The position numbers were made by a program, and so were the translations under genes. A stretch of 14,391 nt of DNA, from the NCBI GenBank assembly GCA_045863395.1, contig BTVJ01000133.1, positions 1 through 14,391 on the forward strand, in the 5' to 3' direction. Shown here piece by piece: positions 1 through 8,113 of this stretch. Position 1 is the first letter of the stretch. Each line of letters begins with the position of its first letter. This DNA comes from Myxococcales bacterium (lineage in GTDB: Bacteria > Myxococcota_A > UBA9042 > JABWCM01 > BTVJ01). The notes beneath the pieces are model-generated. The model did no database searches. It was not told where the DNA came from and saw nothing but the letters and a program-made list of their open reading frames with translations.

Positions 1-142
1 ACCATTCTTCTGGCCTCCTCCTCATATTTTTATTTTTCCACCCCCCCCCCCCCCCCACCGTGACCCCCCACCGCCCGCCCCCCACTCGACGTGCCGACGC
101 AGTTGCGGTAGAAGGCTCTCCCCCCCGCACAGGAGCCTCTCC

Positions 143-1426
143 ATGATTGACCTGACCACCGAAGATACGCCACCGCTGGCGCTCCTTGCGTCCGTCCAGC
201 TCCCGGACGTGGACGATGCGGAGCTGGACGAGTCCCTCGCCGAGCTCGGGCGGCTCGCAAAGACCCTCGGGCTGGAGGTGATGGGCCGGGTGACGCAGAG
301 GCGCCCGCACTTCGACGCCGGCACGTACCTGGGGTCGGGGAAGGTCGCCGAGCTGAAGGAGGCCGTCGACACTCTCCGGGCCGACCACCCCAATCGGGGC
401 GTCGTCGTGCTGCTCGACCACGAGGTGACGCCGTCCCAGGCGCGGCAGCTCGAGAAGGCGACCGGCGCGGACGTCAACGACCGGACCGCGCTGATCCTGG
501 ACATCTTCCACCGCCACGCCAGCAGCCGGGAGGCGCGTGCGCAGGTCGAGATCGTGCGCCTCGGGTACATGGCGCCGCGGTTGAGGGAGCAGCGCCGCGG
601 CAAGGGGGAGAGGCAGCGCGGCGGCATCGGCGGCAAGGGCGCCGGCGAGAGCGGTATGGAGCTCGACCGCCGCAAGGTGCGAGACCGCATCGCCGAGCTG
701 GAGGAGGAGCTCGCCCGCATCGCCCAGGACCGCAAGACCCAGCGAGCGCGCCGCCAGGAGCTGCGCCGGGTCGCCCTGGTCGGGTACACCAACGCGGGCA
801 AGTCCACGATGATGAGGGCGCTCACGGGGAGCGACGTCTACGTGGCGGACAAGCTCTTCGCCACGCTGGACACGACGGTCCGCGCCTTGCAGCCCCCCGT
901 CGACCCGCCCGTGGTGGTGTCGGACACCGTCGGGTTCATCCGGAAGCTCCCGCACGGACTGGTCGCGAGCTTCAAGTCCACCCTCGACGAGGCGCTGGAG
1001 GCCTCGCTGCTGCTCCACATGGTCGACGCCGCGGATCCGGCGCTCGATGCCCACATGGCCACCACCAACCAGGTGCTGGCGGATATCGGAGCCGGCAACA
1101 TCCCCACGCGCCTCGTCCTGAACAAGTGCGACAAGGTCGACGCAGAGCGGCTCGCGGAGCTCCGGTCTCTGCACCCGGATGCCCTGATGGTGTCGGCGAA
1201 GTCCGTCGAGGACGTGGTCCTCGTCCACGATGCCATCGTCGCGGCCTTCGAGGGGCAGCGAGAGGAGGCGTGGGTGGCGATCCCGCACGCGCAGGGAGCC
1301 CTACGCGCCATGCTGCTGGCGGGGGCGGAGCTCATCGAGGAGCGCTACGACGAGGAGGCCGGGCACTACCGGGTCCGCGCGAGCGCAGGGCTCCTGGAGC
1401 GTGTCCGCGGCGCCTTGGCCGGTTGA
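143..1426 (+). CDS. hflX: GTPase HflX (ribosome-splitting GTPase), 427 aa
   Basis: G1 GYTNAGKS, G2 LFATLDT, G3 DTVG, G4 NKCD, G5 SAK. HflX-typical segments DRTALILDIF...HA and GIGGKGAGE..MELDRR. AGGAG Shine-Dalgarno at 131-135. Confidence 0.96.
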   Translation: MIDLTTEDTPPLALLASVQLPDVDDAELDESLAELGRLAKTLGLEVMGRVTQRRPHFDAGTYLGSGKVAELKEAVDTLRADHPNRGVVVLLDHEVTPSQARQLEKATGADVNDRTALILDIFHRHASSREARAQVEIVRLGYMAPRLREQRRGKGERQRGGIGGKGAGESGMELDRRKVRDRIAELEEELARIAQDRKTQRARRQELRRVALVGYTNAGKSTMMRALTGSDVYVADKLFATLDTTVRALQPPVDPPVVVSDTVGFIRKLPHGLVASFKSTLDEALEASLLLHMVDAADPALDAHMATTNQVLADIGAGNIPTRLVLNKCDKVDAERLAELRSLHPDALMVSAKSVEDVVLVHDAIVAAFEGQREEAWVAIPHAQGALRAMLLAGAELIEERYDEEAGHYRVRASAGLLERVRGALAG

Positions 1427-1452
1427 AGGGGCGCGCGCCGGTGCGCTAGAGT
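1423..1452 (+). promoter_or_regulatory. Putative sigma70-type promoter for the hppD operon (TTGAAG-18-TAGAGT)
   Basis: TTGAAG at 1423-1428 overlaps the hflX stop codon. TAGAGT is at 1447-1452 in the 73-bp gap. Consensus resemblance only. Confidence 0.35.
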
Positions 1453-1499
1453 GCGCCGCTTCATCGGAGAGCCCCAGCGACGGGGCGCGAGGGCGAACC

Positions 1500-2654
1500 A
1501 TGGCAGCATCGGAAGAGCTCGGCATCATTGGGGTCGACAGCTTTCACTACTTCGTGAGGCGGCCTGACCGCTCCGCCCGGTTCTATACGGAGCTGCTCGG
1601 GTGGAAGGAGGTCGCTCGCGCGTCCGAGCCCATGGTGTGGGCGACCGGGCAACGGAGCCACGTCTACCAGGCGGGCGCCGTGCGCGTCGTCGTCAGCACG
1701 CCCGAGCGCGACACCTGCCGCGCCGCCCGCTATCTGCGGCGGCACCCGGCGGGCGTAGGCTCCATCACGTTCCGGGTCGAGGACCTGGACCGCGCCTGGC
1801 GCTTCCTGTCGCAGCACGACGGCACACCGGTGCACGGCATCCGGGAGACCCGTGACCCCAGCGGTGGGCGCTATCGCCACTTCAGCATCACCACGGCCAT
1901 CGGGGACGTGACCTTCCGGTTCTGCGAGAAGAGAGACTACTCCGGCTTCGCTCCCGGCTTCGATTCGCAGGGCGTCGAGGCCCCGGTGGACAACCCCGTG
2001 GGGTTCCGCGCCATCGACCACGTGACGTGCAACGCCCCGACCATGGCGGCGGTCAAGCTCTGGTTCCAGCACGTCCTCGGCATGGAGCAGTGCTGGAGCA
2101 TCGACTTCCACACGGAGGACGTCGCCGAGGGAGGCGCGAGCGGCACGGGGCTTCGCTCGGTGGTGATGTGGGATCCCCGGAGCGGGCTGAAGTTCCCCAT
2201 CAATGAGCCGCTCCAGCCCTTCTTCAAGGAGGGGCAGATCAACGTGTTCGTGGAGCAGAACGCCGGACCGGGCGTGCAGCACATCGCGCTCGTCGTCGAT
2301 GACTGCGTTCGTGCCGTGACCACGCTGCGGAGCCGGGGCGTGGAGTTCCTCACGACGCCGGGCTCCTACTACGACATGGCGCCGGCGCGCCTGGAGCAGA
2401 GGCAGGTCCACCCGGATCGCCTCGCCCATCGTCTGGACACGCTGCGCGAGCTGGGCATCCTGATCGACGGCAGTCCGGTGGACAACTACCTCATCCAGAT
2501 CTTCCTGAAGGACGCCGCCAGCTTGTACGGCGAGCCCGAGGCCGGGCCGTTCTTCTACGAGCTGATCCAGCGGTGCGGCGACCAGGGTTTCGGCGGCGGC
2601 AACTTCCGCGCGCTGTTCGAGGCCATCGAGCGGGATCAGCGAGGGCAGGCATGA
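1500..2654 (+). CDS. hppD: 4-hydroxyphenylpyruvate dioxygenase, 384 aa
   Basis: Two VOC domains. Iron-ligand motifs IDHVT, GVQHIAL and FFYELIQR, plus C-terminal GFGGGNFRALFEAIE. Start reassigned to ATG 1500 because the ORF-track start at 1230 overlaps hflX. Confidence 0.95.
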   Translation: MAASEELGIIGVDSFHYFVRRPDRSARFYTELLGWKEVARASEPMVWATGQRSHVYQAGAVRVVVSTPERDTCRAARYLRRHPAGVGSITFRVEDLDRAWRFLSQHDGTPVHGIRETRDPSGGRYRHFSITTAIGDVTFRFCEKRDYSGFAPGFDSQGVEAPVDNPVGFRAIDHVTCNAPTMAAVKLWFQHVLGMEQCWSIDFHTEDVAEGGASGTGLRSVVMWDPRSGLKFPINEPLQPFFKEGQINVFVEQNAGPGVQHIALVVDDCVRAVTTLRSRGVEFLTTPGSYYDMAPARLEQRQVHPDRLAHRLDTLRELGILIDGSPVDNYLIQIFLKDAASLYGEPEAGPFFYELIQRCGDQGFGGGNFRALFEAIERDQRGQA

Positions 2655-3811
2655 TCGACTATCGCCGGGCCGGGCGGCTTCCCGACAAGCCGCACACGGT
2701 GTTCCGCGCTCCGGATGGCCGCCTGTACCACGAACACTGCTTCACCCGGGACGGCTTCGACGGGCCGTTCTCCATCCTCTACCACGAGCGGCCGCCCCAG
2801 GCGCACGGCGGGGCGGAGGCCGTCGCGCCTCTGTGGGCTCCTCGGGTGGCCGTCGAGGCAGGTCCACTGCGGAGGCACCACCTGCTGAGCCAGGCGCTCG
2901 CCCCGGGTGGCTCACCGGCGACCGGCCGCGTCCCGCTGCTGTTCAACGGCGACCTGACCGTGGGGGTGGCAAGACCGACCGAGGATGACCCGTCGTGGCT
3001 CGCCAACGGCGACGGGGACGACCTGTTCTTCGTCCTCGCGGGCGGCGGTGAGCTGCTGAGCTGGTTCGGACGCCTGCGCTTCGGCAGCGGCGACTACGTG
3101 TGCGTGCCGCGGGCCGTCGCCCACCGCTTCGTGCTCGACGGGGGGGCTCAGCACTGGTTGTGGGTGGAGTGCCGGAGCGGCCTCCGCGTGCTCAACCAGT
3201 ACCGAAATGGGTGCGGGCAGCTCCGCATGGACGCGCCCTACACCCACCGGGACTTCCGGGCGCCGGTGCTGGAGCCCGTTGGGGGGCCGCGCGAGCTGGT
3301 GAGCAAGCGCGCTGATCGCTTCACACGGCACCTGCCGGATGGGGACGTGGCCGATGTCGTGGGCTGGGACGGTGTCGTGTGGCCGTTCGCATTCCACATC
3401 TCGCGGTTCTCGCCCAAGGCGGGGCAGGTACACCTGCCTCCTACCGTTCATGGCACCTTTGCGACCGGGGGCTCGTTGATTTGCAGCTTCGTGCCGCGGG
3501 TCGTCGACTTTGGCGCGGGCGCCATCCCGTGCCCGTATCCGCACTCCAATGTGCAGGTGGATGAGGTGCTGTTCTATTGCGACGGGGACTTCACGAGCCG
3601 GCGGGGCGTGAGCGCGGGTTCCCTGAGCCTCCATCCGGCGGGAGTCCCCCACGGGCCGCACCCGGGGGCATATGAGATCAGCATCGGCGTGCGGGAGGTC
3701 CGGGAGCTCGCGGTGATGATCGACACCTTCGAGCCGCTGGCGCTCACAGCGGCAGGGCAGGGAATCGACTCGCCGACCTACGACGACACCTTTGCGGGAG
3801 GCGCGGCATGA
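2651..3811 (+). CDS. hmgA: Homogentisate 1,2-dioxygenase (short ~390-aa type), 386 aa
   Basis: Motifs NGDGDDLFF, DVVGWDG, HLPPTVH, CSFVPR, PYPHSN..DEVLFY, GVPHGPHPG, ELAVMIDTF. ATG 2651 overlaps the hppD stop (ATGA). Confidence 0.94.
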   Translation: MIDYRRAGRLPDKPHTVFRAPDGRLYHEHCFTRDGFDGPFSILYHERPPQAHGGAEAVAPLWAPRVAVEAGPLRRHHLLSQALAPGGSPATGRVPLLFNGDLTVGVARPTEDDPSWLANGDGDDLFFVLAGGGELLSWFGRLRFGSGDYVCVPRAVAHRFVLDGGAQHWLWVECRSGLRVLNQYRNGCGQLRMDAPYTHRDFRAPVLEPVGGPRELVSKRADRFTRHLPDGDVADVVGWDGVVWPFAFHISRFSPKAGQVHLPPTVHGTFATGGSLICSFVPRVVDFGAGAIPCPYPHSNVQVDEVLFYCDGDFTSRRGVSAGSLSLHPAGVPHGPHPGAYEISIGVREVRELAVMIDTFEPLALTAAGQGIDSPTYDDTFAGGAA

Positions 3812-4797
3812 AGCTGGCCACACGGCGCAACGGCACCAGGGACGGGGAGCTGCTCGTGGTCTCGCGGGACAACCTGCGCGCGACCCGTGTGGACGTCGCT
3901 CCGACCCTTCAGGCGCTCCTCGACGACTGGGAGCGGCTGGCTCCGAAGGCTGAGGAGCTCTACGCCCAGCTCAACGCCGAGGTCATCGGTGGAGAGCCGT
4001 TGGAGGCGGGGCAGCTCCACTCGCCGCTGCCAAGGGCCTATGCCTGGATCGATGGCAGCGCCTACATCAACCACATCGTGCTGGTGCGGAGGGCCCGCGG
4101 GGCGGAGCCGCCGGCGACCCTGAGGACCGACCCGCTGGTGTACCAAGGGGGGAGCGACACCTTCCTCGACCCGACGGGGGAGATCCCGGTGGAGGACCTG
4201 GCGTGGGGCGCCGACTTCGAAGGGGAGATCGCGATCGTGACCGGGGACGTGCCGCAGGGGACGGCCTCGCGGGACGCAGGGCAGCATGTTCGGCTGCTCA
4301 TGCTCTGCAACGACGTGTCGCTGCGCAACCTGATCCCGGCGGAGCTGGCCAAGGGCTTCGGCTTCTTCACGAGCAAGCCGTCGAGCGCGTTCTCGCCGCT
4401 GGCCGTGACCCCCGACGAGCTGGGCGATGCCTGGGTGGACGGGCGCGTCCATCTGCCGCTGCTGACCCACCTCAATGGGGCGCAGTTCGGTGACCCGGAC
4501 GCGGGGCCCGAGATGCACTTCTCGTTCTATGATTTGATCGCCCATGTCACCAAGACACGCGCCCTGGGGGCAGGCACCATCATCGGGAGCGGGACGGTGA
4601 GCAATGAGGATACGGCGCGGGGCAGCTCGTGCCTCGCCGAGCGTCGCATGCTGGAGATCATCGCGACCGGGGCCGCGGTGACCCCGTTTCTGCGCTACGG
4701 CGACCGGGTCACCATGGAGATGCGGAGGGGGAACGAGAGCCTGTTCGGGCGCATCGATCACGTGGTCGCGCCGCCTCGCGGCGCCGGGAGGTCCTGA
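3808..4797 (+). CDS. fahA: Fumarylacetoacetate hydrolase family protein, 329 aa
   Basis: N-terminus MKLAT..GTRDGELLVVSRD; motifs DGSAYINH, YQGGSD, DFEGE, NDVSLRN, SKPSSAFSP, GTIIGSGTVSN. ATGA overlap with hmgA and fitting pathway context. Confidence 0.9.
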   Translation: MKLATRRNGTRDGELLVVSRDNLRATRVDVAPTLQALLDDWERLAPKAEELYAQLNAEVIGGEPLEAGQLHSPLPRAYAWIDGSAYINHIVLVRRARGAEPPATLRTDPLVYQGGSDTFLDPTGEIPVEDLAWGADFEGEIAIVTGDVPQGTASRDAGQHVRLLMLCNDVSLRNLIPAELAKGFGFFTSKPSSAFSPLAVTPDELGDAWVDGRVHLPLLTHLNGAQFGDPDAGPEMHFSFYDLIAHVTKTRALGAGTIIGSGTVSNEDTARGSSCLAERRMLEIIATGAAVTPFLRYGDRVTMEMRRGNESLFGRIDHVVAPPRGAGRS

Positions 4798-4800
4798 ACC

Positions 4801-5415
4801 ATGGAGCTGACGCTGCTCGGCTACTTCCGGTCGTCGTCCACGTGGCGTGTCCGCATTGCCCTCGCGTGGAAGGGGCTGGCGTGGGAGTCGCGGCCGGTCC
4901 ACCTGCTCCAGGGGGAGCAGCACGCAGATGCGCACCGTGCCTTGAATCCGATGCAGCAGGTGCCCGTGCTGCTGGTCGACGGCGAGCCCGTCGCGCAGAG
5001 CGTCGCCATCCTGGAGCTGCTGGAGGAGCTCGTGCCGGCGCCCGCTCTGATGCCAGAGGGGGCGCTGGACCGGGCGCGCGTGCGGCAGATGGTCGAGATC
5101 GTCAACAGCGGCATCCAGCCGCTCCAGAACCTGCGCACCATGCAGCGCCTGGGGTCCCTGGGGGTCGAGCCGGACGCGGTGCAGGCCTGGTCTCGTGAGT
5201 GGATCGCGGAGGGGTTTGCGGCGCTGGAGACCCTCGTGACCCGCTTCGGCGGTGCCTGTTGCTTCGGGGACGCCGTCAGCCTGGCCGACGTGATGCTGGT
5301 GCCGCAGATGTTCAATGCCCGCCGGTTCGCGGTGGACATTGAGGCGCACCCGGCGCTCTGTCGGGTGGAGCAGCATCTGCTGGCGCTCCCCGCGTTCCAC
5401 GAGACCAAGCCGTAG
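4801..5415 (+). CDS. maiA: Maleylacetoacetate isomerase (GST zeta class), 204 aa
   Basis: YFRSSSTWRVRIAL, NPMQQVP, QSVAILE, SGIQPLQNL and LADVMLVPQMFNARRF. Starts 3 bp after the FAA hydrolase stop. Confidence 0.93.
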   Translation: MELTLLGYFRSSSTWRVRIALAWKGLAWESRPVHLLQGEQHADAHRALNPMQQVPVLLVDGEPVAQSVAILELLEELVPAPALMPEGALDRARVRQMVEIVNSGIQPLQNLRTMQRLGSLGVEPDAVQAWSREWIAEGFAALETLVTRFGGACCFGDAVSLADVMLVPQMFNARRFAVDIEAHPALCRVEQHLLALPAFHETKP

Positions 5416-5431
5416 GTGGGGGGGCATAGGT

Positions 5432-5503
5432 GGGGGGTCAAGCCTACTCAGTTCTCATATTCTGGCCCGCCAGAATATGAGAACTGAGTACACTTGACCC
5501 CCC
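5432..5503. repeat. 72-bp palindromic element (copy A), REP/MITE-like; may also act as a bidirectional terminator
   Basis: GGGGGGTCAAG (5432-5442) pairs with CTTGACCCCCC (5493-5503). TACTCAGTTCTCATATTCTGGC (5445-5466) is the exact reverse complement of 5469-5490. There is a 2-nt centre and a 2x2 mismatch. Lies between convergent genes. Confidence 0.93.
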
Positions 5504-5509
5504 TGCTTC

Positions 5510-6523
5510 CTACTTCTTCGCCAGCACCACGTCGAAGGCGCAGTCGTACCCCGGCTTGCCGAGCGCGGGCACCAGCGGGCGGATGTGCGTCTCGTCGTCG
5601 GACTTGCAGGTGGAGCAGGGATCGTTGGGCTGAAGGTACGGGTCGCCCTCGAAGTAGAGCTGCGTCGTTATGGGCCAGTAGCCTGGAGACGAGACGGTGA
5701 AGTGGATGTGCTTCGGCCGGAAGCTGCCGTTCTGGGGGTAGCCTCCGGGGATGATCGTCTCGAAGGCGTAGGCCCCGGTGGCGCTGGCCAGCATCTGACC
5801 CCTGAGGCGGTACTTCACGGTGCTGGAGTCGTAGGTGCCCGTCGCGTCTGCTTGCCAGACGTCGACGAGGGCGCCCGCGAGCGGATTGCAGGCTGCGTCG
5901 ACCACGTAGCCCGCGACGTACAGGCGCTCACCGGGCTCGTCCGGCCCCGCGATGACCGTCGTCCACGGCGGGCCCGCCAGGTAGTAGGGTCCCTTGGCGT
6001 CTGGGCCGGTGACTTCGCACACCTCGGGAGGGCCTGTGTCCGGGCTGCCAGCGTCGGTGGATTGGGTGTCCGCCTGGCTGGCATCACTCGTGGCGTCTTG
6101 TGAGCGGGTGCTCCCGTCGGCGCTCGTCGAGCTGCCATCTTCGGAGGTGGCCACGTCGCTGGCCCCGGCGTCGAGCGCCCCCGGTCCTCCGTCGCTGGCG
6201 TCCGGGCCGGCGCCCGCGTCGGCTGCTCTCGGTCCTCCGTCGCTGGCGTCCGTCTTGGCGTCACTCCCGCCGCGAGCGGCGGTGTCCTTGCCTGCCCTTG
6301 CGTCCTGGCAGCGGCAAGCGGCCGTGTCACCCGCGCCGTCCGCGGGCCCTGCTCCGCCAGGTGTGTCGGGCGTGTCGAGTGCGTCGGGCGTGTACCCGTC
6401 ATCCGACAGCAGGGTGTCGGCGGCGCCGTTCGCGTCTCCCTGGCACGCCAGCCAGCCGGCGGGCGCCACCCCGAGCAGCTTCAGGAACGTGCGGCGGCTC
6501 GGGGCCTCTTTGGGCTTGCTCAT
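5510..6523 (-). CDS. Tat-signal (possibly lipoprotein) intradiol ring-cleavage dioxygenase-like protein with long Asp/Ala/Gly/Ser-rich linker, 337 aa
   Basis: MSKPKEAPSRRTFLKLLG twin-arginine motif followed by WLAC. C-terminal domain GPYY...VDVWQADATGTYD...LRG...TIIPGGYP...RPKHIHF...TTQLYF. GGAG lies 6 nt upstream of ATG 6523. Confidence 0.88.
   Translation of the reverse strand: MSKPKEAPSRRTFLKLLGVAPAGWLACQGDANGAADTLLSDDGYTPDALDTPDTPGGAGPADGAGDTAACRCQDARAGKDTAARGGSDAKTDASDGGPRAADAGAGPDASDGGPGALDAGASDVATSEDGSSTSADGSTRSQDATSDASQADTQSTDAGSPDTGPPEVCEVTGPDAKGPYYLAGPPWTTVIAGPDEPGERLYVAGYVVDAACNPLAGALVDVWQADATGTYDSSTVKYRLRGQMLASATGAYAFETIIPGGYPQNGSFRPKHIHFTVSSPGYWPITTQLYFEGDPYLQPNDPCSTCKSDDETHIRPLVPALGKPGYDCAFDVVLAKK
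6182..6252. repeat. 23-bp exact direct repeat (48-bp period) in the dioxygenase linker, encoding DASDGGP twice
   Basis: CGGTCCTCCGTCGCTGGCGTCCG at 6182-6204 and 6230-6252. Confidence 0.85.
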
Positions 6524-6551
6524 GACGTCTCCAGGTCGAGGGGAAGGTGTG

Positions 6552-6580
6552 AGGATAGCGCGCCGCTCCCCTCCGCTCAA
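6552..6580 (-). promoter_or_regulatory. Putative sigma70-type promoter for the dioxygenase (TTGAGC-17-TATCCT)
   Basis: Minus strand: TTGAGC at 6580-6575, a 17-nt spacer, TATCCT at 6557-6552, about 29 nt upstream of the ATG. Confidence 0.5.
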
Positions 6581-6586
6581 CTGCTG

Positions 6587-6615
6587 TTGCACCGCTCGCC
6601 GGAGCTTGCCATGCT
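6587..6615 (+). promoter_or_regulatory. Putative sigma70-type promoter for the ABC module (TTGCAC-17-CATGCT, with TG extension)
   Basis: TTGCAC at 6587-6592, a 17-nt spacer, TG at 6607-6608 and CATGCT at 6610-6615. Confidence 0.42.
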
Positions 6616-6635
6616 TGCGCGCCGAGAGGGCCGGC

Positions 6636-6941
6636 ATGGGACGTGAGGACGACCGGGTGGACAAGCTCTTGTGGGGCACCGTGCTGCTGGCGGGGCTGCT
6701 TGTCTTTGCCTTGGGTCAGGCATTGATGCGTGGCGGGGGCGGAGAGCCGGCGCGGCGGTTGCTCGACCTGGTCGGTGCGCCCGTCATGGCGCTGGAGCCT
6801 GTGCGGGACGCGGTGCAGACGTCCCCATGGCTGCCTGCGGATTCGGTGATCGCGGACCTCCCCGGCGGCTACCCCGTCGTCGCCGCCACGCGCCCGGTCC
6901 CCGTGTGGGAGGCGGTGCGGCTCGCTGGGGGAGAGCCGTGA
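6636..6941 (+). CDS. Small membrane-anchored hypothetical protein, 101 aa
   Basis: 3' part of ORF 5994..6941: MGREDDRVDKLLWGTVLLAGLLVFALGQAL, one TM/signal helix. GAGAGGG upstream. Its TGA overlaps the permease GTG (GTGA). GTG 6657 is an alternative start. Confidence 0.7.
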   Translation: MGREDDRVDKLLWGTVLLAGLLVFALGQALMRGGGGEPARRLLDLVGAPVMALEPVRDAVQTSPWLPADSVIADLPGGYPVVAATRPVPVWEAVRLAGGEP

Positions 6942-8113
6942 GCGACGCGGCCCGTCACGGCGCGCTCCTGCGGCATGCCGCGCGCAACCTGCTCCGCCGC
7001 TGGCACAGGAGCCTGGCCATCGGCGTCCCCCTGGCGGTGGCCATGGCGGTCGCCACCACGGCGACCCTCGTGGTCGACGGCATCCGGCGGGACGCCGCCC
7101 TGGCGGCCGCGGCGGCTCCGGACATGGCGCTCCAGCGCATCGATCAGGGGAGGCTCGTGCCCATCGAGGTGGCGCCCATCGAGGCGGCGTTGCGGGGGAC
7201 GGGCCTCGTCGCGGAGGTGCGGCAGCGGGTGTTCACGCTGCTGCCGGCACCCGGTGAGGAGTCGGGGGGGGCGCTGGCGACGCTGGTGGGGGTGGACTGG
7301 AGCGTTGGGGGGGCGGCCGTCGTCGGGCGCGTTCCGGAGCCCGGCGAGCGCGGCGTCGTCGTGCTGGGGCAGGGGGTCGCCTCCGAGCGGCACGTCGCGC
7401 TTGGCGAGCCCTGGAACATCGTCACTCCGCGTGGCCTCCATCCGCTCACCGTCGTGGGGCTGCTCTCGGACGGCGTCGCGGTCCACGGGGCCAACCTGGC
7501 GCTGACGTCCATCGAGGACGCCCGCGCCATCGCCGGGGTCCCCGACACCCACGCGACGGAGCTCGCCGTGACGCTGGTGGCCGGCGCCGATCCCATGGCC
7601 GTCGCCGAGGACGTGACCGCCCGGTTTCCGCGGCTTCGCGTCATCGGTCGCTCCGCGGTGGCCCGCATCCTCGACGCCGTCTACGGGGGGCGCTCCGGGG
7701 CGTTCGTCACGATCTGGCTCATCCTGCTGCTGGTTGCGCCGGCCGTCGCCTGGGCGCTGGGGCTGGACGTAGCGGCGTCCGAGCGGCACGAGATGGGGGT
7801 CCTCAAGGCGCTCGGCTGGTCCACGCTTCATCTCGTGGAGGCGCGCGTGCTGGAGGCGGGGTTGCTCGGCGTCCTGGCGACCTTGTCGGGAGGGCTCGTG
7901 GGCACGACCTTCGCGCTGATGGGGGCGCCGGGCATCGCGGGCCTCTTCCTCGGCTGGACGGAGATCTACCCCGCGTTTCCGCCCCCGCTGGCCTTGGAGC
8001 CCGCGAGCGCCCTGGCGCTGCTCGCGTTGGGGGTGGTGCCCTTGCTCGCTGCCGGGGCCATCCCGGCGTGGCGCGTCGGTTCTACGTCTCCCGACGCCGT
8101 GATGAGAGACTGA
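6938..8113 (+). CDS. ABC transporter permease, FtsX/MacB/LolC-E family, 391 aa
   Basis: ARNLLRRWHRSL, then TM1, a large extracytoplasmic domain, the ERHEMGVLKALGWS motif, three more TM helices and AIPAWRV...PDAVMR. Start reassigned to GTG 6938 (coupled to the upstream gene). Confidence 0.88.
   Translation: MSDAARHGALLRHAARNLLRRWHRSLAIGVPLAVAMAVATTATLVVDGIRRDAALAAAAAPDMALQRIDQGRLVPIEVAPIEAALRGTGLVAEVRQRVFTLLPAPGEESGGALATLVGVDWSVGGAAVVGRVPEPGERGVVVLGQGVASERHVALGEPWNIVTPRGLHPLTVVGLLSDGVAVHGANLALTSIEDARAIAGVPDTHATELAVTLVAGADPMAVAEDVTARFPRLRVIGRSAVARILDAVYGGRSGAFVTIWLILLLVAPAVAWALGLDVAASERHEMGVLKALGWSTLHLVEARVLEAGLLGVLATLSGGLVGTTFALMGAPGIAGLFLGWTEIYPAFPPPLALEPASALALLALGVVPLLAAGAIPAWRVGSTSPDAVMRD

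Noticed and set aside
41..56. Poly-C tract as a phase-variation switch or G-quadruplex
   Set aside because: It sits in low-complexity sequence at the window edge and is more plausibly a sequencing artefact. This cannot be supported without reads.
5315..5497. 60-aa ORF ending in the palindrome
   Set aside because: It overlaps maiA out of frame. Its similarity to the 9883 tail (LARQNMR/LARQDMR) only reflects the shared DNA repeat.
5432..5503. Integron attC site
   Set aside because: It lacks RYYYAAC...GTTRRRY ends. Flanking genes are convergent housekeeping-type genes rather than cassettes, and there is no integrase.
5432..5503. Simple rho-independent terminator as the sole explanation
   Set aside because: The 33-bp stem with an AT-rich core has no U-tract on either side, and homologous copies occur between co-directional genes.
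5432..5503. Protelomerase (telRL-like) target palindrome
   Set aside because: Multiple dispersed and decayed copies, and no phage, plasmid or protelomerase genes in the window.
5994..6635. N-terminal 214 codons of ORF 5994..6941
   Set aside because: Antisense to the dioxygenase linker and spanning the promoter region. Only the part from ATG 6636 looks like a real gene.
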